DNA from: an uncultured bacterium
GTDB lineage: Bacteria > Patescibacteriota > Minisyncoccia > Minisyncoccales > Staskawiczbacteraceae
Assembly (NCBI GenBank): GCA_963835045.1
Contig: CAWIDW010000003.1
Location: 31,928 to 95,927, forward strand
Reading direction: 5' to 3'
Length of the DNA stretch: 64,000 nt
Part shown: positions 38,989 through 48,932 of the stretch, in pieces
How positions within the stretch are numbered: position 1 is the stretch's first letter
Layout: every line of letters starts with the position of its first letter
Notes under the pieces: model-generated
Told to the model about the DNA's origin: nothing
Database searches by the model: none
The model's input: the letters and a program-made list of their open reading frames with translations, nothing else
Program-made: the position numbers and the translations under genes

Positions 38989-40311
38989 ATGGAAGCTACA
39001 CATTTATCTGACGCTGATTATAACAGATTAAGATCCACCGATAGTGATTTTTGGAGCGAAGATGACTTGGCCCGTTTTTTGGTGTTAGATGTTTTTGTTG
39101 CCCCAAAAGAGGCGACTTGGGCCAAAGATATTCAAAAAACATATGTTGATGAGCAGCGACTTAAGACTAAAAAATATAGTACCTGGAAATTAGCGTTTGA
39201 TATTTCCGACAAGTTTTTTTTAAATATATATCTTAAAAGCAGAAAACATAATAGAAAAAGTATTTTATTTCAAAGTTCAAGATCTTACTCTATTATGTTG
39301 GAGGCAAAAAAACATTATAATGTGGCTCTGATTACCGAAGGGAAGAAGGATCGATTATTTGCGTTGCGTAACTTTTTGGGTTATATGGGAACCAATGACT
39401 TAGATGAATATATTTCTGCCTATTTGCAAGAGATGAATGCTAAATTTTTGTACGCATTTTTAAAGAAAGTTGAGAATAAATTGCGGGTCCTCAAGCCTGA
39501 CTATATTGTATTGAGAGATGATTGTTTCCCTATTACAAGAGCCATCAGCTTAGTAAGTAAAAAATTAGGGATTACCACTATAGTAATCCAGGATGGAGTA
39601 TATGACTCTCATGCCCCCCTCTTTAGCGGTAAAGCTGCTGACTATATTTTTGTTTGGGGAGATTACGTTAAAGATTTATATGTTAAGCAAAATGTAAGAA
39701 AACCGGAAGAAGTGTATGTTTTGGGGTATCCTTATTTTATTGAAAAAAACAATATAGCTGAAAGTAAACCTCCTGTTGTGTGTTATTTGGGCCAAGATTT
39801 TGAAAGATACGACAAAAACTTGTTGCAAATAAAATTGGAAACGATAAAAAGGCTTTGTGAGGTTTGCGGGCAATTAGGACTGAGATTTCTCTATCGTCCC
39901 CATCCCTCTGATAATAGAAAGTTGTTGGAGGAAAATTTGCCTGGTATTATTTTTTCAGCGCCAAAAGAAAAACTCAACCAAACTATTGCCCGAGCAGATA
40001 TTTTTATTAGTTTTAATTCAACGGCTTTAATTGAGGCAACGATAAGACAGAAAATTACTTTACAATTACTTAATTATCCTATAGTAGCGGACAATTTTGA
40101 AGAATTGGGTGCTTGTAGTAAATCATTTAAAAATATTATAGAATTAGAAATTCATCTAAAAAGCATGGCTGAGAGTCAGAATTTGAACGATTTTAAAATC
40201 GAATTTAATAACTATTGCATGGAAACCAGAGGTAATTTGAACCAGAATTTTTTAGAAATAATAAAAAAAATCGAAAAGAATAAAAATATTAATAAGGTAA
40301 TTCTAGATTAG
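38989..40311 (+). CDS. hypothetical protein, possibly a capsule/nonulosonate-type transferase
   Basis: 440 aa, AT-rich, no motif recognised. The call is based on context only. Confidence 0.3.
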   Translation: MEATHLSDADYNRLRSTDSDFWSEDDLARFLVLDVFVAPKEATWAKDIQKTYVDEQRLKTKKYSTWKLAFDISDKFFLNIYLKSRKHNRKSILFQSSRSYSIMLEAKKHYNVALITEGKKDRLFALRNFLGYMGTNDLDEYISAYLQEMNAKFLYAFLKKVENKLRVLKPDYIVLRDDCFPITRAISLVSKKLGITTIVIQDGVYDSHAPLFSGKAADYIFVWGDYVKDLYVKQNVRKPEEVYVLGYPYFIEKNNIAESKPPVVCYLGQDFERYDKNLLQIKLETIKRLCEVCGQLGLRFLYRPHPSDNRKLLEENLPGIIFSAPKEKLNQTIARADIFISFNSTALIEATIRQKITLQLLNYPIVADNFEELGACSKSFKNIIELEIHLKSMAESQNLNDFKIEFNNYCMETRGNLNQNFLEIIKKIEKNKNINKVILD

Positions 40312-40378
40312 TGAATTTTGGGGAATAACCTTTTAGCATGTTATATGGATTTGAGAATGTATTAATAGCTTGAAAAAT

Positions 40379-41494
40379 ATGTATAAAAAAAGTCAACGAG
40401 TCAATGAAAAAATTAAAATTAGTATTATTATCGGAACGAGGCCCGAAATAATAAAAATGTCTTCGGTAATTAGAGAGTGTCAAAAGAGAAAAATCGATTT
40501 TTTTATTTTACATACTAATCAGCATTATGCTTACAATTTAGACCGTATTTTTTTTGAAGAATTACAACTACCCATTCCTAAATATAATTTAAGAATTGGT
40601 TCTGGAACCCATGCTGAACAAATCGGAAAAATGATTGTTGAAATAGAAAAAGTATTAATGAGAGAAAAGCCGGATCTAGTCCTTGTGCAAGGAGATACGA
40701 ATACGGTTTTGGCTGGGGCATTAGTTGCAGTAAAATTGCGTATAAAAATAGGTCACGTTGAAGCGGGCCTAAGATCGTATTCCCGTGAAATGCCAGAGGA
40801 AATGAATAGAATTTTAACCGATCATTGCTCCGATTTACTTTTTGCGCCCACTTCCCATGCTAAAGAAAATGTATTAAAAGAAGGAGTTGGTAAAAATAAA
40901 ATTTTTGTTGTTGGGAATACCATTGTTGATGCTGTGTGTCATGATTTAAATTTATCTCGCCGAACGTCAAAAATTTTGGAAAAAATAAAAGTAAAAAAAA
41001 ATAATTATTTCTTACTAACTACTCATCGCCAAGAAAATGTCGATGTGAAAGAAAGGCTGGCCGGGATTTTACATGGAATGGACCTGGTGTATAAAAAATT
41101 TAACCTTCCTATTATTTTTCCAATTCATCCGCGTACCGAAAATAAGATACGTGAATTTGGTTTGGATATCTCTGCGGGAATTACTTTAATAAAGCCACTG
41201 GGATATTTTGATTTTTTACAATTGGAAAATAACGCAAAGCTGATTTTTACTGATTCCGGTGGCATACAAGAAGAATCTTGCATTCTGGGAGTTCCGTGCG
41301 TGACTTTGAGAAATAATACAGAAAGACCTGAAACATTAAAAATTAAAAGTAATATGTTGGTTGGTTCGGATTCTGGAAAAATATTGAGATCGGCCATAAA
41401 AATATTGAATGGAAATAAAAAATGGAAAAGTCCTTTTGGTAGCGGAAAAGCATCGCAAAAAATTGTCAATATTTTACTAAAAAATGCTACCTAA
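40379..41494 (+). CDS. wecB: UDP-N-acetylglucosamine 2-epimerase (non-hydrolysing type)
   Basis: IIGTRPEIIKM, VQGDTNTVLAGAL, HVEAGLRS and MPEEMNRILTDH motifs. First ATG of a TTG-initiated ORF. Confidence 0.88.
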   Translation: MYKKSQRVNEKIKISIIIGTRPEIIKMSSVIRECQKRKIDFFILHTNQHYAYNLDRIFFEELQLPIPKYNLRIGSGTHAEQIGKMIVEIEKVLMREKPDLVLVQGDTNTVLAGALVAVKLRIKIGHVEAGLRSYSREMPEEMNRILTDHCSDLLFAPTSHAKENVLKEGVGKNKIFVVGNTIVDAVCHDLNLSRRTSKILEKIKVKKNNYFLLTTHRQENVDVKERLAGILHGMDLVYKKFNLPIIFPIHPRTENKIREFGLDISAGITLIKPLGYFDFLQLENNAKLIFTDSGGIQEESCILGVPCVTLRNNTERPETLKIKSNMLVGSDSGKILRSAIKILNGNKKWKSPFGSGKASQKIVNILLKNAT

Positions 41495-42617
41495 GAAAAA
41501 AATACTTTTTGTAAGGACTAATGCCATTAATCCTGATCCGAGAATAGAAAAAGAGATTGGTTTTTTATTAGACCTTTATCATATAGAAGTTTTGGCATGG
41601 GATAGGGAGAATGAATATGATAAATTTGAGAAGAGAAATGGATATACTATAATTCGTTGTCATACTGGGGACAATTACGGAGCTGGTATAAGGCATCTGT
41701 ATAAGTTGGTATTGTGGCAGTTTCAGGAACTGAAGTATCTTTTGAAACTAGATTTTGATATTATCCATTCATGTGACTTTGATACTTTCTTGCCCGCACT
41801 TATCGTGGCCAAATTAAGAAAGAAAAGAATAGTTTATGATGTATGTGATTTTTATGCGGATACGATTGTTCATGGTTCGTATGTGTTGAAAAGTATTATA
41901 AAGAAAATTGATATTTTTTTAATGCAATTCGCCGATGGAGTAATTTTGGCAGATGATAATCGAAAAAAACAAATACAGGGTTCAAAACCCAAAAAATTGG
42001 CGATAATTTGTAATGTACCACATGACTTTTATGAAAGATTTAGAAGAGAAAGGGAGAATTCTAAAAATGACAGAATTTTTCTATTAACTTTTGTCGGTAT
42101 GATTCAAAAAGAAAGAGGGTTTGATGTGATGGCGGATGTTATTAAGGAAATATTGGAAGTGAAATTGATAGTTGGTGGTTATGGCCCCTATGAAAAAGAA
42201 TTTACAGCAATGGTTGAAAAATCAAGGAACATGGAATTTTTAGGAAAAGTATTACCTTATGAAAAAACGATTGAAATTGAGTCAAAATCAGATGCTCTTT
42301 TCGCTTTGTATGATCCGTGCATACTTAATCATCGTTATTCAAGTCCCAATAAACTTTTTGAAGCAATGATGCTCGGGAAGCCGATCATTGTTAGTAAGAA
42401 TACCGGAATGGATGAAGTAGTTGAAAGATATAATGTGGGTATTGTCGTTGAATACAATAATAAGCAGCAGCTAAGATGCGCAATTTTAAAATTGATTGAC
42501 ATGAAGAAGAAAGGAGATAATTCTTTTGGAGAAAATGGCAGGAAGGCGTATGTGGCTCATTTTTCCCCAAGTGTCTTAAAAAGAAATTTGATCGATTTTT
42601 ATTCGCAGATCACATGA
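41484..42617 (+). CDS. family 4 (GT-B) glycosyltransferase
   Basis: 377 aa. The C-terminal SSPNKLFEAMMLGKPIIVSKNTGMDEVV fits the GT4 E-x7-E region. Confidence 0.7.
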   Translation: MLPKKKILFVRTNAINPDPRIEKEIGFLLDLYHIEVLAWDRENEYDKFEKRNGYTIIRCHTGDNYGAGIRHLYKLVLWQFQELKYLLKLDFDIIHSCDFDTFLPALIVAKLRKKRIVYDVCDFYADTIVHGSYVLKSIIKKIDIFLMQFADGVILADDNRKKQIQGSKPKKLAIICNVPHDFYERFRRERENSKNDRIFLLTFVGMIQKERGFDVMADVIKEILEVKLIVGGYGPYEKEFTAMVEKSRNMEFLGKVLPYEKTIEIESKSDALFALYDPCILNHRYSSPNKLFEAMMLGKPIIVSKNTGMDEVVERYNVGIVVEYNNKQQLRCAILKLIDMKKKGDNSFGENGRKAYVAHFSPSVLKRNLIDFYSQIT

Positions 42618-42722
42618 AAAGCGTGTTTTATTATTATCTAAAACCTTTGCATTATAAAATATTAAAATGAACGCAGCTTTTTTGCGGAAAATAAATTATT
42701 TAACGTAGTGCTTCATTTAAAT

Positions 42723-43613
42723 ATGATTACTTTGAGTGTTGTTATCCCAACAAAAGACCGAGAAGAAGCTCTTTTGGAGTGCGTGGATTCTATTATCAAT
42801 CAATTTATGAAGCCAGTTGAAGTTTTAATAATGGACGATGGCCAAATTTCAGAAAGCGTAAAAGAAATAATGAGGCAGTCTCTTTCTAAAAATGGCATTT
42901 CTTTGAAATATTTTAAAAAAGAGACGATTGGGCTTGCCGATTCTAAAAATCTAGGAGCTAAAGAATCACAAGGCCAAATTGTTTTGTTTCTAGACGATGA
43001 CGTTGTTTTAGAACAAGACTATATTGAAAACATAGTGAAGGTTTGGGCGCAGCGTTGGAGTGAGTCGAATTTAGCAGGTGTTGCAGGAGTTATCATTAAT
43101 AGCAAAAGAAAATCTTTTGGAAAGATTGTTTTCGAGAAAATCTTTTGTCTCCATCGTGCAAAATCCTGGTCCATCCTGCCTTGGGGATTTCAGACGCAAG
43201 ATTTTGACATTACCAAAGAGGAAATTGCCGATTGGATTCCTGGCGGCATGTCCAGTTTTAGAAAACACATCCTTGATGATTATCAATTTGCATCGCTCCA
43301 ACCGGGGCGCACTGCACTTGAAGATCTTGAGTTTTGCTGGCGACTGAAAAACGACGGCTATTATTTTATTGTTACTCCCTGTGCCAAACTCATTCATCGA
43401 GAATCAATAGTCGGCCGGGAAAGCACGTTTCTTTCGGGTTTTAAGGAAGCAGCAAATCGGAAAGTTATTTTTGGCATGCATGCTGAAAAAATCCCAAAAA
43501 AATATTGTTACTTTTGGTTTTCGGCCGTCGGCGGTGTAGCAGCCACATTTTTATCGGGCAACTACATAAAAAGTTTTGGCATGATGAAGGGTTATTTGCG
43601 AAACGAAGTATAA
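42723..43613 (+). CDS. family 2 glycosyltransferase
   Basis: LSVVIPTKDREEAL, MDDGQ and LDDDV motifs. ATG internal to a GTG-initiated ORF. Confidence 0.75.
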   Translation: MITLSVVIPTKDREEALLECVDSIINQFMKPVEVLIMDDGQISESVKEIMRQSLSKNGISLKYFKKETIGLADSKNLGAKESQGQIVLFLDDDVVLEQDYIENIVKVWAQRWSESNLAGVAGVIINSKRKSFGKIVFEKIFCLHRAKSWSILPWGFQTQDFDITKEEIADWIPGGMSSFRKHILDDYQFASLQPGRTALEDLEFCWRLKNDGYYFIVTPCAKLIHRESIVGRESTFLSGFKEAANRKVIFGMHAEKIPKKYCYFWFSAVGGVAATFLSGNYIKSFGMMKGYLRNEV

Positions 43614-43667
43614 TTTTTCATGGAACATATTCACAGACAACCCACTTTATCGCATTCGCACATCAAC

Positions 43668-44798
43668 ATGAAAAAACCTTCGGTAGTATTTTTCATGCCT
43701 TCACTGGAAGCTGGCGGCGCGGAACGGGTCATGGTAAACATTATCAATAACATCGACAGGCAGCGCTACGATGTATCACTAATTCTCGCTGAAGCCAAAG
43801 GGATATTTTTGGACGAAGTTAAAAAAGATGTGCCTATTCATGTTTTACATATCAGCAGTGACGCGAAATTATTTTTTGCACTGGCGGCGTATCTTCGAAA
43901 CAATACTGTAGACGTTTTGGTGTCCGCTTTTCCGCGCATTAATATTATTTGTATCGCGGCCAAGATTTTTTCCGGAAAAAATACAAAAATTATTATCACC
44001 GAACATTCGGTTTTTTCACTGTTGCCAAAAGTTGCCACAACCGCTTGGCGCAGATTCTTTGCCCGTCTTTTTTTGCCGTGGCTGGCGATGGTTTTTTATC
44101 CTAAAGCCGATAGTATCATTTGTGTTTCGGAAGGCATTAAAGAAGATCTTTTGGGTATTATTCATTGCCGTCAAAAGTGCCAGGTAATATACAATCCCAT
44201 TATTAATGATACTATAAGTGAATTGGCAAAAGAGCCTTTAGAGACTTACCCTTTTTTATCTGCTAACGAACCCATTATTATTTGCGTAGGACGTTTGGCC
44301 CTGCGTAAAGATTATCCCAACTTATTAAAGGCTTTTAGTTTAATTGTACATAAGCAACCTGCCAAGTTGGTTATTTTGGGGGAGGGGCCAGAAAAAGATC
44401 ATTTGGTAAAGCTTGCCAGCGAACTGCAAATATCCAAATACATTACGTTTATGGGAGTCCAGGCTAATCCCTATAAATGTATGGCCCGGGCCGATGTTTT
44501 TGTTCTCTCTTCTTTAGTGGAGGGATTTCCCACGGTATTAATCGAGGCTATGGTTTGTGGCGTTCCGGTCGTTTCAACCAATTGCAAATCCGGACCCAGT
44601 GAGATTATTGAAGATGGCCACAATGGCTTCTTGGTGCCGGTGCAACATGAAAAAGCTTTGGCCAATGCCGTCTTGAAATTATTGGCTGATAAAAAATTAA
44701 GGGAACAGTTTTCAAAAGAAGGCAAAAAAGTATCAAAGCGATTTTCTTTTGAAAAAAGCATTGAGGAGTACCAACAGGTTTTTGAAAAAGTATTATGA
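43668..44798 (+). CDS. family 4 glycosyltransferase
   Basis: SLVEGFPTVLIEAMVCGVPVVSTNCKSGPSEIIEDGHNGFLVP. The internal ATG (MKKPSVVFFMP) is used as start. Confidence 0.8.
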   Translation: MKKPSVVFFMPSLEAGGAERVMVNIINNIDRQRYDVSLILAEAKGIFLDEVKKDVPIHVLHISSDAKLFFALAAYLRNNTVDVLVSAFPRINIICIAAKIFSGKNTKIIITEHSVFSLLPKVATTAWRRFFARLFLPWLAMVFYPKADSIICVSEGIKEDLLGIIHCRQKCQVIYNPIINDTISELAKEPLETYPFLSANEPIIICVGRLALRKDYPNLLKAFSLIVHKQPAKLVILGEGPEKDHLVKLASELQISKYITFMGVQANPYKCMARADVFVLSSLVEGFPTVLIEAMVCGVPVVSTNCKSGPSEIIEDGHNGFLVPVQHEKALANAVLKLLADKKLREQFSKEGKKVSKRFSFEKSIEEYQQVFEKVL

Positions 44799-46288
44799 AA
44801 ATCACGCCATACACATTCAGCGGCATTGTTGCAATATTGGCTATAATGATAGCGACGTTCTTTTTTGACAAAGCCTTATTGGTTGGTCTCTGCCTGCTGG
44901 TTTTTTTATCGTGTCTTACCTTTCTTGTTTTCTATAAAATTGGTTTTGGCGACAAAAAAATATATTTGCTTTTTTTCATTGTTTTGGCGCTGCATCTTGC
45001 CACTACACTTTTTATGTACTACGGCCATTTTCAGCCTTTTAGCGGTGGGGCCGGGGACTATATTTACTACCAGCAAAATGCCCAAATGATATCGGCCCGG
45101 CTCCATCAGGGCAACTTTTCAGTGCAAGGCGTAACGCTGCATAGCTACTATCCCCTTATTATTGGCTATCTGTACGCTTTGACCATGCCATCGCAAATTA
45201 TTGGGCTAATGCTTAATGTGTGGCTGGTGGCGCTTGCCATCACTCTGATTTACCTGATTGTGTTAGAAATTGGAGGATCAAAAAAAAATGCTTTTATCAT
45301 TGGCCTTATTGTGGCCCTGTACCCAAGCTATATTTTCAATACCGGACTTTTACTTAAAGACGCGCTGGAAATATGTTTTATTATGCTGGCATTATTGCTG
45401 CTCTTAAAAACCATTAAAAAATGCAAGTGGTATCACTTTTTGTCTTTCTATGTGGTTTTAATATGCGTAACCCAGTTTCGTTTTTATATTGGCTACGTTT
45501 TAATGTTCACCTTTCTTGTTTCCTGGTTTTTAATTGCAAACATCAGCATTAAAAAAAGAGTGGTCTATGGAATTTTGTTTATCATCATACTAGGTTTTGT
45601 CCCCCAAATTACCACGAGTTACGGATATTATGGAATTGGTTCAGTCGAAAAATACTTAAATTATAAGTCAATTAATTTTTACAGAACCGTGGTTTACAAT
45701 CCGGCGCATTACAGCCAAGCTCCACCCGTGGGTCCCGCTTTGAGTAGTTTACCTGCGGTGGTTTTGGCAAGCAAGCCTCATGTTCAAACCAATTCGGTGT
45801 TGGTTAATGCACCCGTTAGCAAGCCTTCTTCGGTGGTTGGATTAGATTCTTCTTTTGTGGTGGGGAACGGCCCAACCGGTTATATAAAATCTTTCTTTTA
45901 TGCAATGCTAGGTCCTTTTCCTTGGCAGATTAAAAAAACGCGCCAACTTTTTGCTCTCATCGAAACATTCCCGTGGTATTTATTGTTATTTTTCGTTGTT
46001 GATGGCATGATTGTGGTATACAGAAAACGCGTTAAAATTGCCCTGCCCCTTGTATTGTTTAGTTTTATGACCTTGGTTATTATCGCGATCTTTGATAGTA
46101 ACTTTGGAGAAATCACCAGGATCAGGATCCCGGTTTTTATGGCTCTTTTGTGTATCGCATCTTTTGGTTTTCGGGAAGATAATATTATTTATCGCTTTGT
46201 AAATACATCATATGAAAAAATACTTAGTTACGGGCGGAGCTGGTTTCATCGGCAGCCACTTAGTCGATACATTAATAGAGCAAAATAA
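44795..46288 (+). CDS. polytopic membrane protein, GT-C/polymerase-like
   Basis: 497 aa with more than 10 TM helices. ATGA overlap with the upstream gene. The 3' end overlaps the next gene by 77 nt. Confidence 0.5.
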   Translation: MKITPYTFSGIVAILAIMIATFFFDKALLVGLCLLVFLSCLTFLVFYKIGFGDKKIYLLFFIVLALHLATTLFMYYGHFQPFSGGAGDYIYYQQNAQMISARLHQGNFSVQGVTLHSYYPLIIGYLYALTMPSQIIGLMLNVWLVALAITLIYLIVLEIGGSKKNAFIIGLIVALYPSYIFNTGLLLKDALEICFIMLALLLLLKTIKKCKWYHFLSFYVVLICVTQFRFYIGYVLMFTFLVSWFLIANISIKKRVVYGILFIIILGFVPQITTSYGYYGIGSVEKYLNYKSINFYRTVVYNPAHYSQAPPVGPALSSLPAVVLASKPHVQTNSVLVNAPVSKPSSVVGLDSSFVVGNGPTGYIKSFFYAMLGPFPWQIKKTRQLFALIETFPWYLLLFFVVDGMIVVYRKRVKIALPLVLFSFMTLVIIAIFDSNFGEITRIRIPVFMALLCIASFGFREDNIIYRFVNTSYEKILSYGRSWFHRQPLSRYINRAK

Positions 46289-47126
46289 TCAGGTTGTTGT
46301 CATCGACAATCTTTCTGCCGGCAAAAAAGAATACCTAAACCCTAAGGCTGATTTTCATCAGCTTGATATTTGTGATTTTGAAAAAATCAGGCCCCTTTTT
46401 AAAGGTATTGATGGCGTATTCCACTTAGCCGCCATTCCCCGCGTTCCAGTTTCAATAGAAGATCCCGTTGCCACCTCACAGGTAAATATCATGGGGACGA
46501 TGAACGTCTTTAAAGCGGCGGCCGATCAGGGTGTGGCGCGGGTTGTTTTTGCATCATCTTCCGCGGTCTATGGCGATCAAAAAAAGATGCCCCTGAAAGA
46601 AACCATGGCGCCCAATCCCTTAAGTCCCTATGCCCTGCAAAAATTAGTTGGAGAACAAATGGCCAAATTGTTCGGCGAGCTTTACAAACTTCCCGTAGTT
46701 TCGCTGCGATATTTTAATGTCTATGGACCCAGAATTGATTTTAACTCGGATTATAGTTTGGTGCTGGGTAAATTTTTAAGATTATCCTCCCAACACAAGC
46801 CACTTACCATTTTTGGGGATGGCAAGCAGACTCGGGGCTTTTGTTTTGTCCAAGATGTTGTGGAGGCAAGCATACAGGCGGCAGAAAGCGCGCACATTAA
46901 AGGGGGAGAAGTGATTAATGTCAGCCAGGAAACAACCTATTCAATTAATGATGTGGCTGGATTAATCGGAGGCCAGGTTCAGTATCTGCCGGCAAGAATG
47001 GGAGACCCAATCCATACCCAAGCAGACATTAGTCTTGCAAAACAGTTGCTCTCCTGGCAGGCTAAAGTTAACTTTGAAGACGGCGTGGCAATTACCAAAA
47101 AATGGTTTTTAGATAATGGAAAATAA
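46212..47126 (+). CDS. NAD-dependent sugar epimerase/dehydratase (GalE/WbpP-like SDR)
   Basis: YLVTGGAGFIGSHLVDTL Rossmann motif and YALQK (YxxxK). Confidence 0.85.
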   Translation: MKKYLVTGGAGFIGSHLVDTLIEQNNQVVVIDNLSAGKKEYLNPKADFHQLDICDFEKIRPLFKGIDGVFHLAAIPRVPVSIEDPVATSQVNIMGTMNVFKAAADQGVARVVFASSSAVYGDQKKMPLKETMAPNPLSPYALQKLVGEQMAKLFGELYKLPVVSLRYFNVYGPRIDFNSDYSLVLGKFLRLSSQHKPLTIFGDGKQTRGFCFVQDVVEASIQAAESAHIKGGEVINVSQETTYSINDVAGLIGGQVQYLPARMGDPIHTQADISLAKQLLSWQAKVNFEDGVAITKKWFLDNGK

Positions 47127-48921
47127 AAAAATTAAAATTTGTTCAGTAGCCAATAACGATACCTTCGTGAAGTTTTTACTGATTCCCCAATTACGGTTTT
47201 TAATGAAAGAAGGTTACGACGTCAGCGTTGCTTGCTCGCAAGGCAAATGGATACCTGACATAGAGAAAGAAGGCATCAAAGTAAAAACCATAAAGATAAA
47301 AAGAAAAATTACCCCCTTTTATGATATTGTAACTTTGTATAGATTGTGGAGTTATTTTAGGAAGGAGAGATTTGATATTGTCCATACTAATAATCCAAAG
47401 CCGGGGCTGTTGGGCCAAGTGGCTGCAAAAATGGCGGGAGTTCCTATTATTATTAATACCGTTCACGGTTTTTATTTTCAAAATAATTCATCCTACCTTA
47501 AAAGAAGATTTTTTATTGTCGTTGAAAGATTTGCGGCCAAATGCTCAAGTTTGATTTTGTTTGTAAATAAAGAGGATATGGAAACGGCGTTAAGGGAATG
47601 TATCGGCAATCGCGCATTAATTAAATATCTTGGGGGCGGAGTCAATGTTACCAAGTTTAACCATGCCCTTTTCCCGCCAGCTTTTATTAGTGCTAAAAAA
47701 GAAAAGTTAGCAATCCCCAAAGATCATCGGGTTGTCGGAATTGTTGCCCGGTTGGTCCAGGAAAAAGGATACCTGGATTTATTTGAAGCCTTCAGGCTGA
47801 TTTTAAAGAAATTCCCCAAAACGACCCTTTTGGTCGTCGGAGCGAGGGAGCCGGAAAAAAACGATGCCGTTCATCCTGACGTTGTAAAAGAGTATGGCAT
47901 TGAGAAAAATGTTATCTTTTTGGGAGAAAGAAACGACGTTGACCAAATTTATCCTTTAATGGATGTGTTTGTTCTGCCATCCTATCGGGAAGGGCTTGGG
48001 GTAGCTATTTTAGAAGCTATGGCCGAAGAAAGACCAGTGGTGGCCAGCGACATACGGGGCTGTAATGAAGAAATAGACAACGGAAAAAATGGTATCCTTA
48101 TTCCCGTCAAAAGCCCCGATAAATTGGCGGCCGCCATCATGGATCTGTTTGGCAATCAAGCCAAGGCAAAGGAGTTGGGAGAGAATGCAAGATTGAAAGT
48201 TGAAGAATATTTTAACGAAAACCTCATTTTTGAAAGGATGAAAAACTACTATGGAGAACTTATCGAGGAAAAATTAACAACCCTAAAAAGGAGTAACATT
48301 TCATTGTTAATGAAAAGAATTTTGGATGTATTTTTTGCGTTGCTTTTGCTGTTATTATTTTCGCCCATCATGATTATTATTGCCATTCTTATTAAACTGG
48401 ATTCACGGGGTCCCGTTTTTTATCAAGGGGAGCGTGTTGGCAAGGACGGCGTTATGTTTAATATGTGTAAATTCAGAACCATGATTGTAAACGCCCAAAA
48501 CCTGGGTACGATACACGCTTCCCGTAATGATCCGCGCATAACGCCAGTAGGCGGCTTTTTGAGAACCTGTAAGTTTGATGAACTGCCTCAGCTTTTTAAT
48601 ATTCTTAAAGGGGAAATGAGCTTTGTTGGGCCTCGGCCACAGGTCAAGCATTACGTGGATTTGTATACCAAAGAAGAGAAAAAAAGTCTTAGTGTTAGGC
48701 CAGGAATGACGGATTATGCTACGATATACTACATTAATCAGGATGACGTGGTGGATGAAAAAGATGTTGACGGGTCGTATCAGGAAACTATTGAGCCTAA
48801 AAAAAATGAACTACGCTTAAAGTACGTCAACGACAACTCGCTTTTTATTGATGCTGCAATTATTTTTAAAACAATAGCGGCAATCATCAAGAAGAATGTC
48901 TTAAAACTAAAGGATAAATAA
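47116..48921 (+). CDS. fusion protein: N-terminal GT4 glycosyltransferase plus C-terminal polyprenyl-phosphate sugar phosphotransferase (Bac_transf, PglC/WbaP-like)
   Basis: GT4 region SYREGLGVAILEAMAEERPVVASDIRGCNEEI. Then KRILDVFFALLLLLLFSPIMII, RGPVFYQGERVGKDG, FNMCKFRTM and DELPQLFNILKGEMSFVGPRP. Confidence 0.85.
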   Translation: MENKKIKICSVANNDTFVKFLLIPQLRFLMKEGYDVSVACSQGKWIPDIEKEGIKVKTIKIKRKITPFYDIVTLYRLWSYFRKERFDIVHTNNPKPGLLGQVAAKMAGVPIIINTVHGFYFQNNSSYLKRRFFIVVERFAAKCSSLILFVNKEDMETALRECIGNRALIKYLGGGVNVTKFNHALFPPAFISAKKEKLAIPKDHRVVGIVARLVQEKGYLDLFEAFRLILKKFPKTTLLVVGAREPEKNDAVHPDVVKEYGIEKNVIFLGERNDVDQIYPLMDVFVLPSYREGLGVAILEAMAEERPVVASDIRGCNEEIDNGKNGILIPVKSPDKLAAAIMDLFGNQAKAKELGENARLKVEEYFNENLIFERMKNYYGELIEEKLTTLKRSNISLLMKRILDVFFALLLLLLFSPIMIIIAILIKLDSRGPVFYQGERVGKDGVMFNMCKFRTMIVNAQNLGTIHASRNDPRITPVGGFLRTCKFDELPQLFNILKGEMSFVGPRPQVKHYVDLYTKEEKKSLSVRPGMTDYATIYYINQDDVVDEKDVDGSYQETIEPKKNELRLKYVNDNSLFIDAAIIFKTIAAIIKKNVLKLKDK

Positions 48922-48932
48922 AAAAAACCGGC

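Noticed and set aside
46212-46288. The 77-nt overlap between the polytopic membrane protein and the epimerase gene as a sign of frameshift or fusion.
   Set aside because: Both ORFs have normal ends and starts (the epimerase Rossmann motif begins at residue 5). The overlap is probably just a late stop in the upstream frame. There is no evidence of a disrupted domain.
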